A DNA stretch of 64,000 nt from Eledone cirrhosa (taxonomy: Eukaryota). The position numbers and the translations under genes are program-made. Under the pieces are notes generated by a model. That model saw only the letters and a list, made by a program, of their open reading frames with translations, did not search any database and was not told the origin of the DNA. Below are positions 1 to 10,700 of the stretch, piece after piece (the first letter of the stretch is position 1; every line of letters starts with the position of its first letter). The DNA lies in contig OZ024745.1 in the NCBI GenBank assembly GCA_964016885.1, forward strand, positions 7,998,001 to 8,062,000. Reading direction: 5' to 3'.

Positions 1-100
1 TGTGGCGAAGGGGAGAAATGAGTAGAAGGTTTCAAATAGTTCTCAGTGTATATGAAGAGACGAGTATTGGCTTAGTGTGTGTGTAGATGTGTATGTGATC

Positions 101-237
<137 letters not shown>

Positions 238-964
238 GTACTCATTCCAGAGCAGACACAATATTAATTATATATTGTAATACATATGATAACAATATTA
301 TATTAAAATATTTCATTATTTGTTTTATCTAAACTATATCTATACAACCATTACATATTTACAAATGATATGTAGAATATAGAAAATATATAAAACATGT
401 GAGACCTTTATTATTATCTACTTCCTGTTTGATGTAATTATTACAGCATCACATGACCTCAGTAGATATAATGGATTCTTTTATAAAGTCAAATTTATTG
501 TGTATCATAGACATTCTCCACCCACACCCTCTCTTTTAATATCTAGTCATTGTTCAATACAAAGTTAAACATCGATAAATTTAATTTATTAGCTAACCTA
601 TAAATCGTAAAACAGCTATGAATAGACTTCATATATGTCATCTAATTGGAGGAGATGCTACACTCCTCAGTCTCAGGGAAATATTTCTAGAATATTATCA
701 AGTTGGGATGAACATTCAGCAAACCAAATCTATTTTGTATTAGGATTGATATATTTTAAGAAGCTTTGATGAGGTATAACGTATTTTAGTATACCAGATG
801 AAATCAGTGGCAAGTATATGGTATTACAATAAGGACAAGGACAGTCTTTCCCCTGATGAGCAACTAAGCTATATAAAATTTGAGGCCCTTTAAAAAAAAT
901 TCAGATAAAGAAATTTTAAATTTTAATTATTTATAAATTATGACAAAATAATTATATATATATA

Positions 965-1160
965 AGTTTAAACCGGGTTCAATCGGGGGTAACCACAGTA
1001 AGTAAGGTACTCAATACAAAGCAGAGTATAAATATTTAATATAGAAAGGCTTCTACAGGACTATAACTGTTTCATTCAGGAGAAATCATCAGGAGCTTCC
1101 TGGTGATTTCTCCCGAATGAAACAGTTCTAGTCCTGTAGAAGCCTTTCTATATTAAATAT
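965..1160. mobile_element. Fold-back element 1, Penelope-like pLTR remnant with hammerhead motif
   Basis: 63-bp inverted arms at 1032-1094 and 1098-1160 with 3 mismatches and a 3-nt loop. Unpaired tail at 965-1031 contains GTACTCAATAC..GCAGAGTATA. Flanked by TA runs. The PLE assignment is inferred from the known inverted pLTR + tail + minimal hammerhead architecture. Confidence 0.7.
1095..1143 (+). ncRNA. Minimal type I hammerhead ribozyme motif (one core substitution)
   Basis: GCTTC CTGGTGA tttctcccgaat GAA ACAG ttctagtc CTGT A GAAGC: stem I GCTTC/GAAGC, stem III ACAG/CTGT, GUA site. The inverted copy on the - strand (left arm) keeps the canonical CTGATGA core. Confidence 0.65.
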
Positions 1161-1162
1161 AT

Positions 1163-1447
1163 ATATCACATTAGAAACGGAGAATCAGTGGTGCGACGAA
1201 TTAGAATTTATTAGACATATTACAATCGTTTCTCTGGCGACCAGCTCGAGGCACGATCAATGCAATGATCGAACCTGACTCTGAAACCGCTGGTCGCCAG
1301 AGAAACGATTGTAATATGTCTAATAAATTTTATTCGTTGCACTACTGATTCTCCATTTCTTATGTGATATTATACTCTGCTCTGTAAATGCATCGTGTGC
1401 TCAAACGGCATACCGCTTACGGACGCTTTAAGCATCCCACACCAATT
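1163..1447. mobile_element. Fold-back element 2, Penelope-like pLTR remnant
   Basis: Arms of about 82 bp at 1163-1245 and 1289-1370 with a 43-nt spacer. The tail at 1371-1447 starts TATACTCTGCTCTGT, the reverse complement of the element 1 tail motif with one difference. Arms contain CTGG-tcg-CCAG-a-GAAAC-gatt-GTA, the 3' half of a hammerhead. Confidence 0.65.
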
Positions 1448-1507
1448 ATATATATATATATATATACGATATTAATAAATGGAAACTATATTTATAAAAC
1501 CATATTT

Positions 1508-1570
1508 ATTTCATTATACATATTTCAGGGATACCAAATTAAATTATGGTATGCCTTCATCAGACAAAAT
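1508..1570 (-). ncRNA. Type I hammerhead ribozyme motif in a TA-flanked element (about 1467-1685)
   Basis: Minus strand reads ATTTTGT CTGATGA AGGcATACCA-loop-TGGTATcCCT GAA ATATGTAT A ATGAAAT: intact core, long stem II, stem I with two G-U pairs, minimal near-palindromic stem III. Confidence 0.65.
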
Positions 1571-1682
1571 ACAATATATAACAGTTTTAATATCGTATAT
1601 CTACTCCAAATACTTGTCGAGTGCTTTATATCAGTTATAAAAATATTTACTTGTTGTATCCCAACAATTTAAATAGAACTTT

Positions 1683-1715
<33 letters not shown>

Positions 1716-1724
<9 letters not shown>

Positions 1725-2354
1725 GAAACACACAGATACATGCGGACACACACATATATACATGAATGCATCCGCACCCAACTGTGAGTTAAGGGTGCCA
1801 ACTTCACCGATGTTGCTCAATGAATGACTGGGACAGACCAATTCAGTTTGAACCAGACTGAACCAGTATCAGAGTTAAAAATACATTATGAAGAGAGAAG
1901 AAACATTTAGATATAATTAGTAATAAAATGTATCATACCTAAACTGTTCCTAAATTCCTCGACTACGTAGTTTCGTGGCATAAACAAAAACAATATATCA
2001 AAGATATAGAGTCCTTGCGAGGTCTGCCGACTTATCAAGAGGATACCTCATTTTACTAGTCTCAAGAACGCGTCTACACGACGTGAGAAAGAATCCCAAA
2101 AGGCGGAGGGGGAGACGGTCACGCGATATAACGGTCGAGAAACAGAGCTAAGCCTCTTATAACCACGAAGAAAATACCACGGAGGCGGAGGGGGCATTCA
2201 TATCGAGGCCGTAGAAGAGGTAGTGAAGAAGGCGAGAAGTATGAGTAATGGAAGCTTTCCAGTTGTCCCCACACTTCAAAGATTGCTCGACCAGAGGGAG
2301 TTATTAATATATTTAGAAACACACAGATACATGCGGACACACACATATATACAT
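1716..2354 (-). mobile_element. Non-coding element bounded by ~48-bp direct repeats with a degenerate hammerhead (partial-tandem pLTR or retrozyme-like)
   Basis: Identical direct repeats ATATATTTAGAAACACACAGATACATGCGGACACACACATATATACAT at 1716-1763 and 2307-2354, with an internal hammerhead-like motif at 1956-2043. Confidence 0.6.
1956..2043 (-). ncRNA. Degenerate hammerhead ribozyme motif
   Basis: Minus strand reads TCCTC TTGATAA GTcGGCA...TGCCAC GAA ACTACGTAGT C GAGGA: stem I TCCTC/GAGGA, palindromic stem III, GUC site. The core differs from CTGATGA at two positions. Confidence 0.55.
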
Positions 2355-2356
2355 TT

Positions 2357-2600
<244 letters not shown>

Positions 2601-2805
2601 CTATTTTAAAACATGAGACCCTCGAGTGTGTGTGACCCTAAGCTATAGTTTATTTAGTTTCTAGGCAAGTCCAGTAATGTACAAATAAATGTCAATTCAC
2701 TGAGGTCTCATACTTTTATCTCATTTTGTACATATAACTGTAGCAACACCTTGTTTAAAGATAAACGTACGTACATACATACATATATACATATACATAC
2801 ATACA

Positions 2806-3411
2806 TGGTGGCTGCCAACTCGTTTTAGAGTACGGACACCACTTTACATCCATGTAGGAGAACCCCTACCGATGCGCTGAACAAGTGTGACTTTTTTACT
2901 CCAGCCAGCGACTTGAAAACTCTGGTACAAACACTACACTTGTTACAATTATTGACACATAGTGCTGGGCCCATGGTACCATGTGACGACAAGTGCAGAG
3001 AGATCTCCAGATATAAAGCAATGCCTATGCCGTGAAGCTTTTATAGTGAGCAAAGGCACTGCACAAACCAGTCCCACTCTCTTAACCAAGATGATATATA
3101 CCAAAAAGAAGAACAAGTCAACATCATTGGATACCATCAGGGTTGCAGGTGTTATATCAGAGATTCCTTCTCCTAGAATTCTGCCTTGACAAAGGCTAAG
3201 GGGTCATCTCTCCCGGTGATTTTGGATGGCCATTGACTCTTAAGAGCTTCTTTGCCCTTTGACAGGTTTTGTTTTTAGTCCTGCAGGATGTCCAAAGTCA
3301 CCCCCCTCACCAAGAAACCTTGGTGGGGTTGCCAGTTTAGTCGCCAACGACCCGACCATGAGACAGGTTGTACTGGGATACATGTTACCAGTAGCACCAA
3401 CTGGTGACCTG
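2806..3411 (-). mobile_element. Interspersed retroposon copy A, bounded by (ACAT)n; probable RTE-related 5'UTR-like or non-autonomous element
   Basis: About 3121-3411 is homologous to 55251-55613 in the same orientation, and both copies end at GTGACCYGAC next to (ACAT)n. Strand and family are inferred from the CTAGGAGAAGG motif on the - strand, recalled from RTE-type 5'UTRs and SINEs. Confidence 0.55.
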
Positions 3412-3740
3412 ACATACATACATACATACATACATACATAAACATACATACATATATACATATATATATACATACATAATACATACATAGATACATATAC
3501 ATACACACATACATATATACATATACATACATACATACATATACATACATGCATACATACATAGACATACATAGATAGATACATACGTACACACACATAT
3601 GTATGCACTTTTGCGTACATGCGCGTGTAGGTGTATGTATGTGTACGTGTATGTGTGTGTACGTGTATGTGTGTGTACGTGTGTGTGTACAGGTGGTGTG
3701 TGTGTGTACAGGTGGTGTGTGTGTGTACAGGTGTATATAT
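3412..3740. repeat. Compound (ACAT)n / (GT)n low-complexity tract
   Basis: Direct reading. Confidence 0.95.
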
Positions 3741-4066
3741 GTTGGGGGTACAGTAAATATTTTGTAAACCTTGGAAAGATCAGGGGAGATAAAGCTTAGC
3801 TTTGGTTTGATAGCGTGAAGTGAATGTAAGGTAAAACTGTCCATTGATGCAGTGTCAGTAAATTGCAGGTTACAGCCATAGATGATGATCTATCTACTTC
3901 TAAATAGAATAACAACTGAGGCGGATAAAGTTAGGTGACCGGCACTGAAATACAACCGAATACCGGTGCAGACCAATATTGTAAACTCGAACCTTTAGTT
4001 TCATTAGACCCTAATCTAGAAAATGTTATTGCTGATGCCCCAATAAAAAAAACACTTAGCTCACAT

Positions 4067-4290
4067 TGTAAAGTGTTAGTGCTGATGTCATGATAAAAGC
4101 ACCCAGTCCTCTCTGTAAAGTGTGTAAAGTGTTAGTGCTGATGTCATGATAAAAGCACCCAGTCCTCTCTGTAAAGTGTGTAAAGTGTTAGTGCTGATGT
4201 CATGATAAAAGCACCCAGTCCTCTCTGTAAAGTGTGTAAAGTGTTAGTGCTGATGTCATGATAAAAGCACCCAGTCCTCTCTGTAAAGTG
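4067..4290 (+). repeat. 56-bp minisatellite, 4 perfect copies plus degenerate flanking units
   Basis: Unit TGTAAAGTGTTAGTGCTGATGTCATGATAAAAGCACCCAGTCCTCTCTGTAAAGTG starts at 4067, 4123, 4179 and 4235. Confidence 0.97.
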
Positions 4291-4474
4291 GTATTGGCGG
4301 TGCCACGTTTGAAACGTACTTGATACACGCCATGAAGTGGTCGGCATTAGGAAAAGACATCCGGCCGTAGAAACCATGTCAAAAATACAAGATAAAGTCA
4401 CCTGACATGTCTAACCTTAGAACGTGACAAGCCATATCTAACCGATGTAAGCATGGAAAATAAACGTAAGACAG
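4291..4474 (+). mobile_element. 3' part of a SINE/LINE-tail retroposon
   Basis: GTGGTCGGCATTAGGAAAAGACATCCGGCCGTAGAAACC...AGCATGGAAAATAAACGTAA followed by a trinucleotide tail; resembles recalled cephalopod SINE 3' ends. Confidence 0.6.
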
Positions 4475-4580
4475 TGCTGCTGCTGTTGCTGCTGCTGCTA
4501 CTTCTGCTGCTGCTGCTGAAGAAGAAGAAGAAGAAGAAGAAGAAGAAGAAGAAGAAGAAGAAGAAGAAGAAGAAGAAGAA

Positions 4581-4613
<33 letters not shown>
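4475..4613 (+). repeat. Compound (GCT)n(GAA)n(GAC)n microsatellite, probable retroposon tail
   Basis: Direct reading. Confidence 0.97.
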
Positions 4614-6040
4614 CTATAATTAATTTCAATTCTTGAAGAATTAAATAGAATAAAGTCAATCTACTTCTTGGTCAGGCCCACATTCTATTGCAAAATATAT
4701 TCTAAGAATTTTAGGAACCTATTAGAGAGTTAAAACTTCTAAAACATACCTCATGTCATGAAAGCAAATATCCACCTGAAAATATTTTATGAAAACAAAA
4801 CCCAGCGAGTGCTGAATCAATCCAAGTTCTCTTCTATCATACTTCCTCTGTAATTTATTCCAAATTCTAAACAACTTTGTGTAGTTCATATTGAAAAGTT
4901 CAATTGCTTCTTTAATTATTTTGATGTTTGAAAAAAATTCCCATTAAAAACTATTCTGTTACCTGGTTTCTCTACAAGCAGCATTATGTAACATGTTGCA
5001 ATTCTTTGTGGTGAAGTCCCCCCTATATTATAAGAATCTGATATGCAGCAATGCATGTCCCAGTAGATTTCCCTTTTGTAGCCATTCTTATAATTCTTTG
5101 ACACAAGCGATTCTTCTATCATCTGCGTCCAGTTGTATGACTCTTATGAAGACTTTCTCGATCTTCCAGTTATTTATTCAAGCAGAAGATCTCAGATATG
5201 CCATGGCATTTATGAGACATATTCCCTAACTTAATAACTATCCAGTGTTTTGTGAGCTTGTGTTGCTCCTAGCTTCAATACCATTATCTACAAAATCTAG
5301 TGAATATATTCTCCCTGAGTTAGATTCAATCAACAGTCACTCTTTTACTTATTTGTATACACTCTGTCAATCACTCATTAAAATTTAAATCTCTTCTAAA
5401 TACTGAGAGGTCTTTGAGAGCCAGTGTGTGTGGGGGAAGGGGGTTAACTTGGTTTTTATTCTTGAAGCATATGAAAAATATATCTCCTGGATAGAATACC
5501 TGTCTACAACAAGTAGTGTTTCCGGATGACCTAACCCCAACTAGTGACCTGAAGCAATGTAGAATAAAATAGTACATTTAGAAACATACGAAAATATCTA
5601 CGGTTGATTTGAACTCATGAACCAAGAGTTTTATTCAATCAGTGAAGTATTTTAACTCATCTGGCATTAACTAGCTGATAATTACACCACAAAACATAAG
5701 TGACATAATGAATCAATGTTAATGGTTTGAGTTGCTTATAAAATTGTATTCAATCATTGTAAAAGAAATGTACAGCAATTTATTGCTTCTGGGAGTACAA
5801 ATGACAAGAATTACTACACCTTATATAGCAATATGATTAATCTAGCTACATTATATATAACTAAGGTACACTTTTTTGTTTGTTTTTTGTGTAGCTTAAA
5901 TTACTGAAATTAGTTTACTTTGTGTCATAAAGTCAATTATTGCTCAGAATATATGATGCCCCCTTTAATTAGGTGTGTTATTAATTTGGATATCTGATGT
6001 ATAAATTGCTATTTTTTCTGTCAGTAATATTAGTCCGGGA

Positions 6041-6250
6041 AGGGCAGTGATGTAGCAGTTTAGTTGAACGCCGTTTTTAATTACGTCTCTTAACGTTCTC
6101 TGTTCAAATCTCACTCGCTGATCTGGGGCTTAAATATTAGCCCGAGAAGAGCGGTGGAATAGCAGATTAGTTGAGCGCTGTTTTTAATTACGTCTCTTTA
6201 CGTTCTCAGCTCAGATCTACTGATCTGGAGATTAGATAAAATAAGGTTCA
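6041..6250 (+). mobile_element. Two tandem degenerate SINE-head fragments (period about 108 bp)
   Basis: TAGCAG..TTAGTTGARCGCYGTTTTTAATTACGTCTCTT.ACGTTCTC..CTGATCTGG occurs twice. The first copy has a B-box-like GTTCAAATC. Confidence 0.55.
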
Positions 6251-6734
6251 ATAATTTATTTTTCAACCTTACATCAGTATGAGGATCAATGTAAATATTT
6301 ACAGGATTAGCGAGCACCATAAAAGATAAGCTGTGAATAAGCCAAGATCAGAGAACAAAAGTCGCCCTGAGTCCTTCGCCAAGATATTCAATGTTTTCCC
6401 TCAAATTTCTTCATTTTGTATCAATTCTTTTCTCTCACACTATTCCTCCTACTCTAGAGGAAATCGAACCCGGAGAAGGATGGGTTTCACTAGGAATGCT
6501 TCAGACGGCACCCCTATGACTCTACATACAATATACATTGGATTGTAAATTATAATTATATAAAGACTATCAAAGTTAGCGACTTAATAAGGGCTCCAAC
6601 AACCACAGAGTTGATGCGAGTTGATGAAGAACTAACAAAACACAAATTGGTTCAAATGGAAGGTTTGTTGTATCGGGTTCATATTCTTTCGAAAGAAGAT
6701 TGATGACCATGTGCTATGCAACATTGTTGTTACT

Positions 6735-6880
6735 AATGTTGTAGCTATTTAAGCAGATCTATGATACAGTAAATTCCAGTCATGACCATTCCATCTGTTT
6801 GTATTTCATGTGTATATTATCCTCTGCGTCTCCTAAATCTGTAGGGTGTCATTTGAAGATTTCGCTTTTATTTAACCAAA
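6735..6880 (-). mobile_element. Degenerate interspersed repeat fragment (retroposon 3' end)
   Basis: AGCAGATCTATGAT..ATTCCAGTCATGACCATTCCATCT..GGGTGTCATTTGA resembles a recalled octopus repeat; not verifiable within the window. Confidence 0.35.
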
Positions 6881-6934
6881 TCCAAATCTGTAACGAGGGG
6901 CAATAGATTAACAAATATTGGTTGGCTTGTAGTG

Positions 6935-7135
6935 CTAAACTCAGTTCATCTTTTTTGGAGTAGAATAGTATTTTATCTAAACTCAGTTCATCTTTTTCGA
7001 GTAGAATAGTATTTTATCTAAACTCAGTTCATCTTTTTCGAGTAGAATAGTATTTTATCTAAACTCAGTTCATCTTTTTCGAGTAGAATAGTATTTTATC
7101 TAAACTCAGTTCATCTTGTTGGAGTGAAATAGTAT
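6935..7135 (+). repeat. 41-bp minisatellite, about 5 copies
   Basis: Unit CTAAACTCAGTTCATCTTTTTCGAGTAGAATAGTATTTTAT at 6935, 6977, 7018, 7059 and 7100. Confidence 0.96.
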
Positions 7136-7292
7136 CCAGATGATCTCACCTTTACTTGACACCATTAATAATGGAGGTCAATCCTAGATCAGTGGTCATA
7201 TAACCTTTATTCTGCTTAATACTTACTATGGATAATATAGAATATTAATTAACGCACTATAGTACTCAATAGATTTCAGGTTTTTTCCAGTT

Positions 7293-7652
7293 TTGTTGTT
7301 ATTGTTGGTGTTGTTGTTGTGGTTGTTGTTGTGTTTGTTGTTGTTGTTGTGGTGGTTGCTGTTGTTGTTGTTGTTGTGATTGTTGTGGTTGTGGTTGTTG
7401 TTGTGGTTGCTGTTGTTGTTGTTGTTGTTGTTGTTATTGTTATTGTGGTTGTTGTTGTTGTGTTGTTATTGATACCGTTAATGTTGTTGTTGTGGTTGTT
7501 GCTGTGGTTGTTGTTGTGGTTGTTGTTGTTATTGTGGTTGTTGTTGTTGTTGTTATTGATACCGTTAATGTTGTTGTTGTTGTTGTTGTTATTGTGGTTG
7601 TTGTTGTTGTTGTTAATGATACCGTTAATGTTGTTGTTGTTGTTGCTGCTGC
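7293..7652. repeat. Degenerate (GTT)n microsatellite with a recurrent TGATACCGTTAAT marker (3 times)
   Basis: Direct reading. The poly-Val/Leu ORF here is an artefact. Confidence 0.96.
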
Positions 7653-7759
7653 TCTAGACTAAATAGCTTTGTCGGTTGAAATAGTCTGACCTATCCAACC
7701 ACATTGATTGAAGTCATAATTAATTCCATATGTCACAGCAAAAGCTGCATTAACAGTCC

Positions 7760-10700
7760 ATGATAGAGGCGTAACTGATATGTGATATCGTCTGATATGA
7801 TAGAGGCATAACTGATATGTGATATCGTCTGATATGATAGAGACATAACTGATATGTGATATCGTCTGATATGATAGAGGCATAACTGATATGTGATATC
7901 ATCTGATATGATAGAGGCATAACTGATATGTGATATCGTCTGATATGATAGAGGCATGGCTGATATGTGATATCGTCTGATATGATAGAGGCATAACTGA
8001 TATGTGATATCGTCTGATATAATAGAGGCATAACTGATATGTGATATCGTCTGATATGATAGAGGCATAAATGATATGTGATATCGTCTGATATGACAGT
8101 GGCATAACTGATATGTGATATCATCTGATATGATAGAGGCATAACTGATATGTGATATCGTCTGATATGATAGAGGCATAACTGATATGTGATATCGTCT
8201 GATATGATTTAATGCATAACTGATATGTGATATCGTCTGAAATGATAGAGGCATAACTGATATGTGATATCGTCTGATATGATAGAGGCATAACTGATAT
8301 GTGATATCGTCCGATATGATAGAGGCATAACTGATATGTGATATCGTCTGATATGATAGTGGCATAACTGATATGTGATATCGTCTGATATGATAGAGGC
8401 GTAACTGATATGTGATATCGTCTGATATGATAGAGGCATGGCTGATATGTGATATCGTCTGATATGATAGAGGCATAAATGATATGTGATATCGTCTGAT
8501 ATGATAGAGGCATAACTGATATGTGATATCGTCTGATATGATAGTGGAAAAACTGATATGTGATATCGTCAGATATGATAGAGGCGTAACTGATATGTGA
8601 TATCGTCTGATATGATAGAGGCATGGCTGATATGTGATATCGTCTGATATAATAGAGGCATAACTGATATGTGACATCGTCTGATATGATAGAGGCATAA
8701 CTGATATGTGATATCGTCTGATATGATAGTGGCATTACTGATATGTGATATCGTCTGATATGATAGAGGCGTAACTGATATGTGATATCGTCTGATATGA
8801 TAGTGGCATGACTGATATGTGATATCGTCTGATATGATAGAGGCGTAACTGATACGTGATATCGTCTGATATGATAGAGGCATAACTGATATGTGATATC
8901 GTCTGATATGATAGAGGCATGGCTGATATGTGATATCGTCTGATATGATAGAGGCATAACTGATATGTGATATCGTCTGATATAATAGAGGCATAACTGA
9001 TATGTGATATCGTCTGATATGATAGGGACATAACTGATATGTGATATCGTCTGATATGATAGAGGCATAACTGATATGTGATATCGTCTGATATGATAGA
9101 GGCATAACTGATATGTGATATCGTCTGATATGATAGAGGCATAACTGATATGTGATATCGTCTGATATGATAGAGGCGTAACTGATATGTGATATCGTCT
9201 GATATGATAGAGGCATAACTGATATGTGATATCGTCTGATATGATAGTGGCATAACTGATATGTGATATCGTCTGATATGATAGAGGCATAACTGATATG
9301 TGATATCGTCTGATATGATAGAGGCATAACTGATATGTGATATCGTCAGATATGATAGAGGCGTAACTGATATGTGATATCGTCTGATATGATAGAGGCA
9401 TGGCTGATATGTGATATCGTCTGATATGATAGAGGCATAACTGAAATGTGATATCGTCTGATATAATAGAGGCATAACTGATATGTGATATCGTCTGATT
9501 TGATAGAGTCATAAATGATATGTGATATCGTCTGATATGATAGAGGCATAACTGATATGTGATATCGTCTGATATGATAGTGGAAAAACTGATATGTGAT
9601 ATCGTCTGATATGATAGAGGCGTAACTGATATGTGATATCGTCTGATATGATAGTGGCATGACTGATATGTGATATCGTCTGATATGATAGAGGCATAAC
9701 TGATATGTGATATCGTCTGATATAATAGAGGCCTAACTGATATGTGATATCGACTGATATGATAGAGGCTTAACTGATAAGTGATATCGTCTGATATAAT
9801 AGAGGCATAACTGATATGTGATATAGTCTGATATGATAGAGGCATAACTGATATGTGATATAGTCTGATATGATAGAGGCATAACTGATATGTGATATCG
9901 TCTGATATGAGAGTGGCATGGCTGATAAGTGATATCGTCTGATATAATAGAGGCATAACTGATATGTGATATCGTCTGATATGATAGAGGCTTAACTGAT
10001 ATGTGATATATTATGATATGATAGAGGCATAACTGATGTGTGATATCGTCTGATATGATAGAGGCATAACTGATATGTGATATCGTCTGATATGATAGAG
10101 GCATAACTGATATGTGATATCGTCTGATATGATAGAGGCATAACTGATATGTGATATCGTCTGATATGATAGAGGCATAACTGATATGTGATATCCTCTG
10201 ATATGAAAGAGGCATAACTGATATGTGATATCGTCTGATATGATAGAGGCATAACTGATATGTGATATCGTCTGATATGATAGAGGCATAACTGATATGT
10301 GATATCGTCTGATATGATAGAAGCATAACTGATATGTGATATCGTCTGATATAATAGAGGCATAACTGATATGTGATATAGTCTGATATGATAGAGGCAT
10401 AACTGATATGTGATATCATCTGATATGATAGAGGCATAACTGATATGTGATATCGTCTGATATGATAGAGACATAACTGATATGTGATATCGTCTGATAT
10501 GATAGAGGCATAACTGATATGTGATATCGTCTGATATGATAGAGGCATAACTGATATGTGATATCGTCTGATATGATAAAGGCATAACTGATATGTGATA
10601 TCGTCCGATATGATAGAGGCATAACTGATATGTGATATCGTCTGATATGATAGAGGCATAACTGATATGTGATATCGTCTGATATGAAAGAGGCATAACT

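Noticed and set aside
851-885. CTGATGAG hammerhead core
   Set aside because: No GAAA follows the possible stem II, and there is no stem III.
2613-2711. Short inverted ends ATGAGACC/GGTCTCAT, possible MITE
   Set aside because: Only 8 bp, no clear TSD, single copy in the window.
4640-5600. Possible decayed coding or transposon region
   Set aside because: The frames I translated have frequent stops and no recognisable motif.
6333-6548. 71-aa ORF and a minus-strand CTGAAGC..GAAACCC..GGGTT hammerhead-like string
   Set aside because: No recognisable protein; the core is mutated and stems I and II do not pair.
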